A stretch of DNA of 64,000 bases from Deferrisomatales bacterium (GCA_033551855.1 JAWSUI010000016.1:1-64000), one strand, 5' to 3'; shown: positions 49,804 through 61,239, counted from the stretch's first letter. The notes: generated by a model not told the origin, from the letters alone. Numbers and translations: made by a program.

Positions 49804-50235
49804 TCACCGAACCGCCAGCACGGGGCAAGGGGCCGCCACGAGCACCTTGTGGGCGACGCTGCCCAGGAACAGGCCCTCCAGGTCGGAGAGGCCCCGGGTC
49901 CCCAGGACGATCAGGTCGCACCCCTCGAGCCGCGCCACCTCGCAGGCATGTCTCGCGGGATCCCCTTCCAGGACCCGCTCCTCGAAAGGCACCCCGCTCT
50001 CTTCCAGGAGGAGGCGATAGGGGGCGAGAAGCTCCTCGACCTGGGCTGCGAGGCGGTCCAGGAGCCGATGGTAGTACGGCTCGCCCAGGTACTCGGGTAC
50101 GCTCCGCCGGCAGTGGAAGAGGAGCACCGACGCACCGCAGAATCGGGCCAGGGCGGCCGCGCGATGGGACGCCACCCGGGCACTTGGGGAGCCGTCCACG
50201 GCCAGGAGGATTTTCTGAAAGCCGCCGGTGTCCAT
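49804..50235 (-). CDS. Universal stress protein
   Basis: ILLAVDGS, GDPA and DLIVLGTRG..LGSVAHKVL..APCPVL motifs. Confidence 0.92.
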   Translation of the reverse strand: MDTGGFQKILLAVDGSPSARVASHRAAALARFCGASVLLFHCRRSVPEYLGEPYYHRLLDRLAAQVEELLAPYRLLLEESGVPFEERVLEGDPARHACEVARLEGCDLIVLGTRGLSDLEGLFLGSVAHKVLVAAPCPVLAVR

Positions 50236-50359
50236 CACCCTTGTCCTTCCCTCGTCACAGGACCCTGCCACCGCGCCACTCTACCGCCGCTCTCCCCTCC
50301 CCTCAAGCCAGACGGCCTGGCTCGCGGCTCGGGCGCCATCGAAACCCATACCCACACCC

Positions 50360-50476
50360 AACGCCCGACCCGAGGACGGCCGCCTGCTCGTACTCGAGCA
50401 GAGAAGGCTCGTCGGGCTCATCACCAAGTCCGGCCTGTTGCGCTTCCTGGAGCTCCGCCAAGTTCTGGAGGATTGA
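50360..50476 (+). pseudogene. 3' remnant of a CBS-domain gene
   Basis: GRLLVLEQRRLVGLITKSGLLRFLELR* resembles a CBS C-terminus; the upstream sequence does not look coding. Confidence 0.5.
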
Positions 50477-50801
50477 GAGGGCCTCTCCGGGAGCGCTTGC
50501 CGGGCCCGCCGCCCGCCGCGGATGCCGTTTCGACCCCATGTTGCCGGCCCGTGCCTCCGTGCACGCCGCAAGGGGACGGTGTAACGGTCCATCCAAACTT
50601 CATGCCAGCTATCGTCTGAAAGCTTCCAGGATCTTTTGTGTCACAAGTTCCTGGTGACCTTATTTGCCGATCCCACTACTTGTGTCTGTCCGGCCGCTCA
50701 TCGCCTCATCACGCTCGACAACTCCACCTAAAGTCGTGATCGAATTCGCCGATAAAACGAGAGCGGATCTCGGACGGCCCCTCCACGGACGGCGAACTCA
50801 C

Positions 50802-51878
50802 ATGGCGACCCTGCTCATCGTCGATGACCGGCTACCCAACCGGATGCTTCTCGAGAAACTGTCGTCTCTTCTCGAAGGGGTCCGGTTGATCCGGACCTTC
50901 GGCGACCCCCATCAAGCTCTTCGGTGGGCGAGAGGCACGGTCCCCGACCTCGTCCTGGTCGACTACAAGATGCCCGGTCTGGACGGGGCAGAGTTCACCC
51001 GGAAGTTCCGAGCGCTTCCGCACTGCGCCGACGTGCCCCTCGTCATCATCACTTCCGCCGAGACCCGAGAAGTCAAGCATGAAACCTTGGGCGCCGGTGC
51101 GACCGACTTCCTGACGAAACCCGTCGATGCGCTCGAATTTCGAGCGCGGTGCGACAACATGCTTCGACTCCGCCGGCAACAGACCCAACTCAAAGAACGC
51201 GCTTCCTGGTTGGAGGGGAAAGTGCAGGAGGCCACGCGAGATGTGCGGGAGCGGGAATTCGAAACCCTGCTACGGCTCGCAAAGGCCGGCGAATTTCGAG
51301 ACGAAGACACGGGGCTGCACGTCGTCCGGATGGCCAAGTTCTGCAGGCTCATCGCCGGCCACCTGGGTCTTTCCGACGACGAGTGTGACGTCATCGAGAA
51401 ATCCGCCCCCATGCACGATATCGGCAAGATCGGCATTTCTGACGCCATTCTGATGAAACCGTCGCGACTCAGCCCGGATGAATTCGAGACACTGAAAGCA
51501 CATACGACGATCGGCTACGAAATTCTGAAGGGAAGCCCCTCGAAGTATCTCCAGACCGGCGCTTTCATCGCACTGGCGCATCACGAAAAGTATGACGGAA
51601 GCGGCTACCCCGGGGGCCTCCAAAAGGACGAGATCCCCTTGGCCGCCCGCATCGTTGCCGTGGCCGACGTTTTCGACGCCCTGGCGTCGGCCCGCCCCTA
51701 CAAGGAGGCATGGAGCCCGCAAGAGGCCCTCGCCGAGTTGCACGCCCAGAAGAACCGGCATTTCGATCCTCGCTGCGTAGATGCCTTCTGCGCGGAGTTC
51801 GGCCAGGTGCAGCGGATTCTCGAAAGGTTTCGCAGTCGGGAAACGGACACGCGAGAGGTCACGTCGTGTGCCTGCTGA
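50802..51878 (+). CDS. rpfG: Receiver plus HD-GYP c-di-GMP phosphodiesterase (RpfG-like)
   Basis: IVDD, VDYKMP and FLTKP receiver motifs; HDIGKIG, HHEKYDGSGYP, VADVFDAL and RPYK. Confidence 0.85.
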   Translation: MATLLIVDDRLPNRMLLEKLSSLLEGVRLIRTFGDPHQALRWARGTVPDLVLVDYKMPGLDGAEFTRKFRALPHCADVPLVIITSAETREVKHETLGAGATDFLTKPVDALEFRARCDNMLRLRRQQTQLKERASWLEGKVQEATRDVREREFETLLRLAKAGEFRDEDTGLHVVRMAKFCRLIAGHLGLSDDECDVIEKSAPMHDIGKIGISDAILMKPSRLSPDEFETLKAHTTIGYEILKGSPSKYLQTGAFIALAHHEKYDGSGYPGGLQKDEIPLAARIVAVADVFDALASARPYKEAWSPQEALAELHAQKNRHFDPRCVDAFCAEFGQVQRILERFRSRETDTREVTSCAC

Positions 51879-54424
51879 CATCCCTTGCGTGCAGCGCCTG
51901 GCGTCGCATGAGCGGTCCCTTCCGGGGACGCTCGGACTCTGAGCACGAGCAGGCGTTCGTACGCGTCGGAGTCGGTCTGCTCGCTGGCGCCTACCTCTTT
52001 GTGACGGCACACCTCAGCGGTGAGACCAGTGCAGGCCAGACCTACAGCCTCTGGGTTGCGGGCGTCTTCCTCGTCACGGCCCTCGCCTGGCTGCTCTGGA
52101 TTGCCGCGCGCCCGCAGACATCTCCGACCCGACGCACCCTGGGAATCTTCACGGATCTCGGGGCCTGTTGTGTTGCGATGTATCTGACGGGGGCTGAGGG
52201 AGCCCCATTCTACGTCATTCTCCTTTGGGTGATATTCGGCAACGGCTTCCGATTTGGACGCACCTATCTGGCCATTGCTACGTTCCTTGGAACCCTTGGC
52301 TTCGGGCTCGTCGTAACCCTGACCCCATTCTGGGCCGCCAATCCAAGACTTACTGCAGGCCTATTCATAGGGTTGATCATCCTTCCACTGTATGTGGCAT
52401 CTCTATTGCGCAGGCTGACGCGCGCCGTCGAAACAGCACGCGAAGCAAGCGAGGCGAAGAGTCAATTCCTCGCCAACATGAGCCACGAAGTGCGAACTCC
52501 TCTGAATGCGGTTCTCGTCAGCGCAGATCTGCTGGAGACGACCCCCCTGAATCCTACTCAAATCGACTTGGTTCGCACGGTTCGAGCGTCCGCCGGGAAC
52601 CTGTTGTCTCTTGTGGAGAATGTCCTGGATGTATCGAAATTGGAAGCGGGAAAGTTCATTGCACATGACATTGACTTTGACTTGTATCTTCTACTCCAGG
52701 ACATCATCCAGGTATTCACCCCCCAGTCACAAAGTCGTGGAATCCTACTGCGGCTCAACGTAAGTCCGTCCATGCCGTTTCGAGTAAAGGGGGATCCCAC
52801 TCTGATCCGCCAGGTTCTTACCAACCTGGTAAGCAATGCCATCAAGTTCACCGACTCCGGAAGCGTCGAGGTAACGGTAGAGGTCGAAGCACAAGACGAG
52901 AGGAGGGTGGTGGCGCTAGTCAAGGTGTCCGACACGGGATCGGGTATCCCAGAAGCATTTCAGAGGAGGATCTTCGAGCGCTTCACCCAGGTCGACGGCT
53001 CCTTCACGCGCCGCCACGGGGGCAGCGGCCTGGGCGCGGCCATCGCGCGGGAGCTCGTCGAGTTGATGGGGGGCACCATTGGCCTGGACAGCGCCGTGGG
53101 AAAGGGCAGCACTTTCTGGTTCACGGTCCCCTTGGAGACCCAGGTGGAGGAGCCCGGCGACCCCTTCGGCTCCGTGTTCCGGAAAGAGGGGCGGGCACTG
53201 ATCGTCGCCGCGGACGTCGAGGGCTCGGCGCTCCTGAAGGACTGGCTCGAAAGCTGGTCCCTCAAGGTGGTCATGGTGCGAAACGGCGCCGAGGCACGAA
53301 GCCGCATGGTCGTTTCAGCGGCCAACAAGCACCCCTTCCATCTCGCCATCATTGCGGAAGACCGCTTGGATACGAATCCGATCTCCTTTGCCTCGTTCGT
53401 CAAGAATGATCCGCTGATAACAAACCTTCGACTGATCCTTCTCCGGTCGGCGTCGGCAAGCGGGGGGCAGGCCGTGCCTCCCGGCTATGACACGGTGGTT
53501 CCGTGGCCTGCGGCGAAGACCGTGATTTTCAACGCCATCCACTTCGCACACCCGCTGGAGGAGACGGCAACCAGTGTCGTTCGGTTGCCGACCCTGCGAA
53601 CCGCCCCACAGATCGCCCGGTCGGGGCAAAGGATTCTCTTGGCGGAGGACAACGCCGTGAACCAGAAGGTCATCGGCAAGATTCTTGAGCAGGCGGGCCA
53701 TACCGTACGTATCGCGGCGGACGGCGAGGAAGCATTGGAGGCCCTGGAGAACCAGGCTCTGGACGTGGCGCTGATCGACCTCCACATGCCGGGGCTGAGC
53801 GGAATCGACGTTGCCAAGGGCTACGCATTCATGGCCACGGGGGAAGAACGCATTCCCCTCGTGGCGCTCACCGCCGATGCACTGGAAGATACGAGAGCGA
53901 AATGCATGGCCGCCGGTTTCGACGCGTTTTTAACGAAGCCGGTGAGAGCCGCCCGCCTGCTGGAAGCAGTGGACGACGTAGTACGAAAAAAGACGCGTCC
54001 ACTTCCCGCCCTTGCCACCACGGAGGCCGTCGCATCCCGCAGGCCGAATTCCCCCCGCTCCGTCCTCGATGAGGATATCCTCAAGGATTTGGAGAATCTA
54101 GACGATGGCACCCACTTCGTGAAGGACCTGATCGAGGTCTTTTTGGTGGATGCCGAACAGATCCTGCGAGAGATGGAGCAGGCCGTCAGCGCAGGAGATC
54201 TCGTGGTCCTTCGGGACCTGGCGCATGCGTTACAGGGGTGCGCAAGCACCGTTGGCGCCGCGGAACTCCGAGAGACCGCGTCCCGAGCAAAGCTCGTCAC
54301 GCAGGGGGAGGTCAGGATGCGCGGAAAGACGTATCTAAACGACGTGCGGGCCAGCCTCGAGGCCACGCGGGAATACCTGACGCACCGCCACCCGCCGAGA
54401 AGAACCCTGCTGCACGGGAAGTAA
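51866..54424 (+). CDS. rpfC: Membrane hybrid sensor kinase (RpfC-like: TM sensor, HisKA, HATPase, REC, HPt)
   Basis: N-terminal GRSDSEHEQ and WVIFGNGFRFG resemble Xanthomonas RpfC as recalled. Also MSHEVRTP, NAIKFT, DTGSGI, GSGLG, DLHMP and AHALQG. Start is GTG 51866 or ATG 51908. Confidence 0.85.
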   Translation: MCLLTSLACSAWRRMSGPFRGRSDSEHEQAFVRVGVGLLAGAYLFVTAHLSGETSAGQTYSLWVAGVFLVTALAWLLWIAARPQTSPTRRTLGIFTDLGACCVAMYLTGAEGAPFYVILLWVIFGNGFRFGRTYLAIATFLGTLGFGLVVTLTPFWAANPRLTAGLFIGLIILPLYVASLLRRLTRAVETAREASEAKSQFLANMSHEVRTPLNAVLVSADLLETTPLNPTQIDLVRTVRASAGNLLSLVENVLDVSKLEAGKFIAHDIDFDLYLLLQDIIQVFTPQSQSRGILLRLNVSPSMPFRVKGDPTLIRQVLTNLVSNAIKFTDSGSVEVTVEVEAQDERRVVALVKVSDTGSGIPEAFQRRIFERFTQVDGSFTRRHGGSGLGAAIARELVELMGGTIGLDSAVGKGSTFWFTVPLETQVEEPGDPFGSVFRKEGRALIVAADVEGSALLKDWLESWSLKVVMVRNGAEARSRMVVSAANKHPFHLAIIAEDRLDTNPISFASFVKNDPLITNLRLILLRSASASGGQAVPPGYDTVVPWPAAKTVIFNAIHFAHPLEETATSVVRLPTLRTAPQIARSGQRILLAEDNAVNQKVIGKILEQAGHTVRIAADGEEALEALENQALDVALIDLHMPGLSGIDVAKGYAFMATGEERIPLVALTADALEDTRAKCMAAGFDAFLTKPVRAARLLEAVDDVVRKKTRPLPALATTEAVASRRPNSPRSVLDEDILKDLENLDDGTHFVKDLIEVFLVDAEQILREMEQAVSAGDLVVLRDLAHALQGCASTVGAAELRETASRAKLVTQGEVRMRGKTYLNDVRASLEATREYLTHRHPPRRTLLHGK

Positions 54425-54433
54425 CCGGCCGCA

Positions 54434-55327
54434 TCACCCCTGCAACAGTGCAGCCGCACCTGCTCCTTCGCGAGTGTTTCGTTCCTGGGCTCTCGCGAGA
54501 CGTTCCATCATCCGCAGGTCTCTAGCCTCCAGTCGGAGAGCCGCGTCCACCCACAGATCGGTTACAGCCATCAACTCGTCATACGACATCGGATGCACCC
54601 GTTCTCGAACCTGCCGGAGCGCCCGGTGGGCATTCCGGCGCTTCCGATGGGCGCGAATGAACTCGGCGACTGCCCTTTCCCCCTCGCCATCGGGCACGAC
54701 GGCATCGATCAAGCCAAGGTCATAGAACTGGCGCGCACTGTGAAGCTCCCCTCCAAGGATGATGCGTTCCGCGCTCGCCGGAGGGATGCGGCGCGAGAGG
54801 ATGCTGTAGGCGCCCATACCCGGAATCAGATTGAAAAGGACCTCCGGCAACCCGAATTTCGCACTTTCTTCCGCGATCGTGACATGACTGGAGAGAGCAG
54901 CTTCGCAGCCTCCTCCCAACGCATCCCCCTGCACCAGCGAGATGCTGGTAAGACCCACGCCGAGTCCTGCGGAGTTTGGATAAAGGACATCTATGCACGC
55001 CTTTGCATAACGACGAAGCGCATCGGCGTCTCCTTGTTTGATCAAATTGACGAAAAGTCTTAGATCTCCTCCATAATTGAATACACCATCCACATCCGAG
55101 GCCAAGACTATGTACTCGACGGATTGAGAACCCGTTCCGTGGTTATCAACAGAGGACAAGCGCACGATGCGCGATTGGAGAAGCTTCAGCTCCCGTAATA
55201 TTTCGTGGTTGAAGCAAGGTATCGGCTTTGTCTTCAGCAGGTACCAAACCGATTTTTGTTGTACATTGTAATTCACATTGAGCTGTTCATAAACACCGAG
55301 CGCAGGCATGACATGAAGATTATCCAA
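54434..55327 (-). CDS. rpfF: DSF synthase (crotonase family, RpfF-like)
   Basis: PCFN, VFNYGGDL, VQGDALGGGCEAAL, GLPEVLFNLIPGMGAYS and WVDAAL motifs; both catalytic Glu present; convergent with rpfC. Confidence 0.9.
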   Translation of the reverse strand: MDNLHVMPALGVYEQLNVNYNVQQKSVWYLLKTKPIPCFNHEILRELKLLQSRIVRLSSVDNHGTGSQSVEYIVLASDVDGVFNYGGDLRLFVNLIKQGDADALRRYAKACIDVLYPNSAGLGVGLTSISLVQGDALGGGCEAALSSHVTIAEESAKFGLPEVLFNLIPGMGAYSILSRRIPPASAERIILGGELHSARQFYDLGLIDAVVPDGEGERAVAEFIRAHRKRRNAHRALRQVRERVHPMSYDELMAVTDLWVDAALRLEARDLRMMERLARAQERNTREGAGAAALLQG

Positions 55328-55924
55328 CGGCCAACCCTCCTGCTCCCAGGCTGTTCCGCCACGACGCGGTACTTCCGTCGGCGTGCAAGCCGGGAGCTCA
55401 TGCCCCCGTGACCCCCTCGCGACCCCTCGCCGTTCGTCACCCCCACCGCGCCGGAGCCCGCGGAGCGCGAACGACGTCTCAATGCCACCATTCGACGCCG
55501 GGGATGCTTCCGTCCTCTACCCCTCGTCAGTTCTTTCCCCGTCGTGGAAGGCAATGAGCAGCGAAACGCGCTTATGAAACCCAGATTCGACGAAAATGTC
55601 AACCCTTGTCCGCGGTGCGCCCCTGTAAATTGTTTCGGTGGGTACTGTATGTAATATCTATTCTCGGAGGCTGATTTGCCTCGGGCGCAATCCGCCATCC
55701 CAAGACAGCGACCACAAGTCTTTGTGGGGGTATGGGGCCGACAGGCTCCAGATATTGTGGTCGCTCCGGGATGAGTTTGCTTTCGCGAATCGAGCCTCAC
55801 CCCTGTTGGCGGTCCAAGACGGTATCCTGAGACGGCATCCCCAAGAGGCGGATCCCGACCGTGAGCCTCCCGCGGCGCGAGCTCATTCCACGGGGGGCAG
55901 GAGAGGGGGTTTCCTCTTTCGACG

Positions 55925-56476
55925 TCACTTCACCAGCGGCAAGACGGCCCGGAACTCGTCGGTCCCCGCCTTGCGGAGGATCTCGTAGAAGAACATCTCG
56001 GTGGAGGTGACGGTGGCCCCGGCCTGCCGCAGGCGGTCCAGGGCGATCGCCCGGTTCTCCGGCGTCCGGGAGCCCACGGCGTCGGCGACCACGTGCACCC
56101 GATGGGTCGCGAGGGCCTGGAGGGCCGTCTGGGCGACACAGATGTGCGCCTCCACCCCGCACACCACTACGGTCCGGCGCCCCAGGGCCTCGAGCCGCTC
56201 CCGAAAGGCGTCGCTGCCGAGGCACCCGAAGCAGGCCTTGCCGAACGGCTCGAGGTCCGAGAGCTCCGCCCGGATCGGCGCGGGGGTCGGCCCGAGCTTT
56301 TCCTGCTCCGCCCAAAGGATCGGGATCCCCACGATCTTGGCGAAGCGCGCCAGCTTCACGACGGCTTCGACGACCCGTTCCCCCTCGTGGATGTGGGGCA
56401 GGAGCCGCTCCTGCACGTCCACCACGGCCAACACGCAATCGTCTCGTCCCACCAGCGACCCTGCGCTCCTGTCCAT
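55925..56476 (-). CDS. Isochorismatase-family hydrolase
   Basis: [26 protein letters not shown] and DAVGSR motifs. Confidence 0.9.
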   Translation of the reverse strand: MDRSAGSLVGRDDCVLAVVDVQERLLPHIHEGERVVEAVVKLARFAKIVGIPILWAEQEKLGPTPAPIRAELSDLEPFGKACFGCLGSDAFRERLEALGRRTVVVCGVEAHICVAQTALQALATHRVHVVADAVGSRTPENRAIALDRLRQAGATVTSTEMFFYEILRKAGTDEFRAVLPLVK

Positions 56477-56647
56477 CGCACACCTCCTGTCTTCCGAGAA
56501 ACTCCACACGGACGGCCGCCCCGCGCCAAGGTGCCCCCAGCCCCTTTCCCCGGCCGGCATTTTCGGTACACTGGGCCCCGTCGAGGGTGGCTGCCCTCGG
56601 CACCCCGGCCCGGCCGGGGGCCCGTCGACTCTCAGAGGAAACCACGA

Positions 56648-58717
56648 ATGCCCGCTCAGTGCCACACGAACCGGCTCTCTCGAGAGAAGAGCCCCTACCT
56701 CCTGCAGCACGCCCACAACCCCGTGGACTGGTACCCCTGGGGGGAGGAGGCGTTTGCCAGGGCCCGGGCCGAGAACAAGCTCGTGTTCCTTTCCATCGGC
56801 TACTCCACGTGCCACTGGTGCCACGTGATGGAGAGGGAGAGTTTCGAGGATCTGGAGGTTGCGGCCGTCCTCAACACCCTCACGGTCCCGGTGAAGGTGG
56901 ACCGGGAGGAGCGCCCCGATGTGGACCAGGTCCACATGGCGGTGTGCCAGGCCCTGAACGGGAGCGGCGGCTGGCCCCTCACCGTGCTCCTGACCCCGGA
57001 CCGCGTCCCCTTCTTCGCGGGGACGTATTTCCCGAAGCACACACGCCAGGGACGGATCGGCGTGGTGGAACTGGTTCGGCAGGCGGCCGCCCTCTGGGTG
57101 CAGGACCCCGAGCGGGTGCGCCAGTCCGGACACCAACTCTTGGGAGCGCTAGAGAACGACCCCGGCTCGGCCCACGGGAAGGCCCCGCTGTCCCCGGACC
57201 TGCTGGCTCAGGCCACGGGCCTCTTCCGCAGGCAGTTCGACCCGGTTCGGGGAGGATTCGGTCCGCCGCCGAAGTTTCCCACCCCCCACAATTTGGTCTT
57301 CCTCCTGCGGCGCCACCGGCGCACGGGTGACCCGGAGGCCCTGCGGATGGCCGAGGTCACCCTGGACGCCATGCGCAAGGGGGGTCTCTTCGATCAAGTG
57401 GGCCTGGGCTTCCACCGGTACTCCACGGACGACCGGTGGCTTCTGCCCCATTTCGAGAAGATGCTCTACGACCAAGCGGGCCTGGCCCTCGCGTACCTGG
57501 AGGCCCACCGGGCCACGGGGAGTCAGCTCTATGCCCAGACCGCCCGAGAGGTCTTTGCCTACGTCCTCCGGGATCTCGCCAGCCCCGAAGGGGCGTTCTA
57601 CTGCGCCGAGGATGCCGATTCCGAGGGGGTGGAGGGCAAGTTCTACGTCTGGTCCCGCCGGGAGGTGCTGGAGGTCCTCGGGGAGGACGACGGTGAGCTC
57701 TACGCCCGGGTCTTTGGGATCACGGAGGAAGGGAACTTCCGGGACGAGGCCACCGGGGAGAGAAGCGGCGCCAACATCCCCCACCTGGAGCGCCCCCTCG
57801 AGGAGTGGTCCCAACCCCTCCGCCGCCACCTCGAAGACGCTCGCCGACGGCTCTTCGCCCGGCGCGAGACCCGGATCCGGCCCCACCGGGACGACAAGGT
57901 GCTGACCGCTTGGAACGGCCTCATGGTGTCCGCCCTGAGCCGCGGCGCCTGGGGGCTCGGGGACGCGGGGTACGCCCACGCGGCGGGTCGCGCCGTGGAC
58001 TTCATCCGGGAGCGGATGTATCGCGACGGCCGCCTGCTGCGCCGCTTCCGGGAAGGTGAGGCCGCCGTTCCGGGTTTCGCCGAGGACTACGCCTTCCTGG
58101 CCCGGGGTTGCCTCGACCTCTACGGCGCCACCTTCGAGACGACTCGCCTGCGCCAGGCCCTGGGTCTGGCGGAGGACCTCCTCCGGCTCTTCGACGACGG
58201 CGCAGGGGGCCTCTACGACACGGGGGCCGACGCGGAGGAGCTCGTGCTGCGCCCCCGGGAGGTATACGACGGTGCCACCCCGTCGGGAAACTCCGTCGCC
58301 CTGGAGCTTTTCGCCCGCCTCGGCCTGCTCACCGGCGACTCCCGGTGGACCTCCCGGGCTCACGCCCTGGGGGAGGCGTTCGGCAGCAGGGTGGCCCAAT
58401 ACCCTGCCGCCTTCACCCAGTTTCTCGCCGGCGCCGCCTTCCTCCTCGAGCCGACCCGTGAGGTGGTGGTGGCCGGCGGCGTCGGAGACCCGGGCACGGC
58501 AGCACTCCTGGACGCGGTTCGAGGCGTCTACGCACCGGAGACGACCCTCCTCCTCGCGTCCGGACAGACCGCCGACCTGCACCCCCTCTCGCCCCTCACC
58601 GCCCCCATGGCACCGGTCGGGGGCAGGGCCGCGGCCTACGTGTGCCAGGACTTCGCCTGCCGGGAACCCCTGACAGACCCCCAAGAGCTCGCCGAGCTCC
58701 TCCAGGATCCCCCCTAA
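56648..58717 (+). CDS. YyaL-like thioredoxin-domain protein (DUF255)
   Basis: [46 protein letters not shown] and DDKVLTAWN motifs. Confidence 0.93.
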   Translation: MPAQCHTNRLSREKSPYLLQHAHNPVDWYPWGEEAFARARAENKLVFLSIGYSTCHWCHVMERESFEDLEVAAVLNTLTVPVKVDREERPDVDQVHMAVCQALNGSGGWPLTVLLTPDRVPFFAGTYFPKHTRQGRIGVVELVRQAAALWVQDPERVRQSGHQLLGALENDPGSAHGKAPLSPDLLAQATGLFRRQFDPVRGGFGPPPKFPTPHNLVFLLRRHRRTGDPEALRMAEVTLDAMRKGGLFDQVGLGFHRYSTDDRWLLPHFEKMLYDQAGLALAYLEAHRATGSQLYAQTAREVFAYVLRDLASPEGAFYCAEDADSEGVEGKFYVWSRREVLEVLGEDDGELYARVFGITEEGNFRDEATGERSGANIPHLERPLEEWSQPLRRHLEDARRRLFARRETRIRPHRDDKVLTAWNGLMVSALSRGAWGLGDAGYAHAAGRAVDFIRERMYRDGRLLRRFREGEAAVPGFAEDYAFLARGCLDLYGATFETTRLRQALGLAEDLLRLFDDGAGGLYDTGADAEELVLRPREVYDGATPSGNSVALELFARLGLLTGDSRWTSRAHALGEAFGSRVAQYPAAFTQFLAGAAFLLEPTREVVVAGGVGDPGTAALLDAVRGVYAPETTLLLASGQTADLHPLSPLTAPMAPVGGRAAAYVCQDFACREPLTDPQELAELLQDPP

Positions 58718-59253
58718 CACCACAACGAGCGATCGGTTCTCCGCGTGGGTTGGGGGCGAAACCTTCCCTCCGGCGGGCCAGATCCCGGCGCGCAGTGCAG
58801 CTCGCGAGGCGGTTTCGAGCGGCCCTACGGCCCTTCGGTGCGCCCAGGGCATCGTGCCAAGGCCGCCTGCCCGCTCTCCAGGAAGGCCCCGCGCACGACG
58901 CTGAAGCCACTCCCGTTGTAGTACGGGGGCCCTTCCCCGGCCGAGGTGGCGGCCGGGGGCCCGCGCCCACCGGAGGCGGGACCGCGGGTTTCCGGGAGTC
59001 CCCCAGAGCCCCCGCCCGCTCTCGCGGTGGAACCGACGTGGCCCGGGAGGCGGGCCCGTTCCGCTTCCACCCGGGCGAGGCTCCGCATCCAGTGCCGTCG
59101 CCGGGCGCAGATCCGGGCCGCCACACGAGGGTGTCGAGTTTCGGCGGCGTCGCGCGTATAATGCGCGCCGCGCCCCGCCCGGGCGCGTCCAAACGCCCCC
59201 TGGTCCCTGAGGCCGGACGGGCGCGACCCCTCTTCCCGGCACCGGAGATCCCC

Positions 59254-61239
59254 ATGGCCGCGAGACCCAGCGACGTCTATGACGCGGACGCCATCAAGGC
59301 GCTGGAAGGCCTGGAGCCCGTCCGCAAGCGGCCCGGCATGTACACCAACACCGCCAACCCAAACCACATCGTGCAGGAGGTGATCGACAACGCCGCGGAC
59401 GAGTGCCTCTCCCAGTTCGCGACCACCATCCGGGTCACGCTGCACGCCGACGGGTCGGTCTCGGTGGAGGATGACGGCCGCGGCATCCCGGTGGACCTCC
59501 ACAAACAGAAGCAGCGGCCGGCCATCGAGGTGATCTTTTCCACCCTTCATGCAGGGGGCAAGTTCGAGGGGGCCCACTATTCCTTCTCGGGCGGGCTCCA
59601 CGGGGTGGGGGTTTCCGTCACCAACGCGCTTTCGCGGCGCCTGGAAGCCACCGTGCGCCGCGACGGCGCCCAGTGGAGCCTCGCTTTCGAGGGCGGGGAG
59701 CTCGCCCGGGAGCTCACCCGGGACGACGTGCGGGTCCCCAAAAGGGTTACGGGCACCACGGTGCGGGTGTGGCCGGACCCCCGCTACTTCGACTCCCCCC
59801 ACGTCCATCGCCCCTCCCTGGAGCGTCTCCTGCGCAGCAAGGCGGTCCTGCTCCCGGGCACCCGTGTCATCCTCGAGGCGGAGGGTCGCGACGGCACACC
59901 CGAAGAGCGCAGGGAGTGGTGCTACGAGGCCGGCCTGCAGGACCACCTGGCCGAGCTCGTGGGGGATCGGGAGACCGCCTGCCCCATCTACGCCGGCGGG
60001 CGCTTCTACTCGCCGGAGGACAACGGGGCGGAGTTCTCCGAGGGGGAAGGGATCGACTGGGCCCTGACGTGGGTCTCCGACGGCCAGGGGGTCGGCGAGA
60101 GCTACGTCAACCTGATCCCGACCGTCCAGCACGGGACCCACGTCAACGGTTTCCGAACGGCCGCCTGCGACGCCATCCGTGCCTTCTCCGAGCACCACAA
60201 CCTCCTCCCGAGGGGCGTGAAGCTCGCGCCGGAAGACATCTGGGCCAAGGCCTGCTTCCTCCTCTCGGCCCGCCTCAAGGAGCCCCAGTTCCAGGGGCAG
60301 ACGAAGGAGCGCCTCTCCTCCCGGGAGGCCGCCCGGCTCGTCGCCATGATGTTTCGGGACCGCTTTGAGCTCTGGCTCAACGAAAACGTGGATCACGGCC
60401 GCGCCGTGGCCGACCTGGCGGTTCGGGCGGCCGCGGAGCGCCTGCGCCGGGGCAAGAAGATCGCGAAGAAACAGCAGGGAACACTGGGGACGCTGCCCGG
60501 CAAGCTCGCCGACTGCAAGGAGGGGAACCCCGAGCTCACGGAGCTCTACCTGGTGGAGGGGGACTCCGCCGGCGGCTCCGCCAAGCAGGCCCGGAATCGG
60601 GACACCCAGGCGGTGCTTCCCCTGCGGGGGAAGATCCTGAACACCTGGGAGATGGGCCCGAACGACGTGCTGGCCTCCGAGGCCACCCACAACATCGTGG
60701 TTTCCCTGGGCGTGGACCCCCACGGGCCCCAGGAGTCCGTCGACCTCTCCGGGCTCCGGTACGGGAAGGTCATCATCATGACGGATGCCGACGTGGACGG
60801 GGCGCACATCCGCAGCCTCCTGGCGGGGTTCTTCCTCCGGCACTTTTCCCGGCTGGTGGAGCGGGGCCACGTCTTCGTGGCAGAGCCCCCGCTCTACCGC
60901 GTGGACGTGCCCGCCCACGGCAAGTACAGGGAGCGTCGGACCCTGTACTGCCTCGACGACGAGGAGCTCCAGGTGGCCCGGGACAAGGCGGTGGCCGAGG
61001 GCGTCGACCCGGAGAAGATCAGGGTCCAGCGGTTCAAGGGCCTCGGGGAGATGAACCCGGCCCAGCTCTGGGAGACCACCATGAACCCCGACTCCCGGCG
61101 GGTCCTGCCCCTGTTCGTCCCCCCGGGCCAGGAGGCCGATACCCTGGCCCGGGTGCACCGGTGCCTCGGGAAGAAGGAAGCCGCGGCCCGGCGCGAGTGG
61201 ATCGAGCGGGAAGGCAACCTGGCCGAGGTGGACGTGTGA
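59254..61239 (+). CDS. parE: DNA topoisomerase IV subunit B
   Basis: VRKRPGMY, EVIDN, GLHGVG, EGDSAGG, PLRGKILN, DADVDG and RFKGLGEM motifs; TATAAT upstream at 59157. Confidence 0.9.
   Translation: MAARPSDVYDADAIKALEGLEPVRKRPGMYTNTANPNHIVQEVIDNAADECLSQFATTIRVTLHADGSVSVEDDGRGIPVDLHKQKQRPAIEVIFSTLHAGGKFEGAHYSFSGGLHGVGVSVTNALSRRLEATVRRDGAQWSLAFEGGELARELTRDDVRVPKRVTGTTVRVWPDPRYFDSPHVHRPSLERLLRSKAVLLPGTRVILEAEGRDGTPEERREWCYEAGLQDHLAELVGDRETACPIYAGGRFYSPEDNGAEFSEGEGIDWALTWVSDGQGVGESYVNLIPTVQHGTHVNGFRTAACDAIRAFSEHHNLLPRGVKLAPEDIWAKACFLLSARLKEPQFQGQTKERLSSREAARLVAMMFRDRFELWLNENVDHGRAVADLAVRAAAERLRRGKKIAKKQQGTLGTLPGKLADCKEGNPELTELYLVEGDSAGGSAKQARNRDTQAVLPLRGKILNTWEMGPNDVLASEATHNIVVSLGVDPHGPQESVDLSGLRYGKVIIMTDADVDGAHIRSLLAGFFLRHFSRLVERGHVFVAEPPLYRVDVPAHGKYRERRTLYCLDDEELQVARDKAVAEGVDPEKIRVQRFKGLGEMNPAQLWETTMNPDSRRVLPLFVPPGQEADTLARVHRCLGKKEAAARREWIEREGNLAEVDV

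Noticed and set aside
55600..55800. c-di-GMP riboswitch upstream of rpfF
   Set aside because: Only isolated GCAAA words; I could not build the two-hairpin GEMM architecture.
58720..59250. 530-bp intergenic region before parE as a further repeat copy or ncRNA
   Set aside because: No convincing alignment to families A-C and no recognisable RNA motif; only a TATAAT box is supportable.
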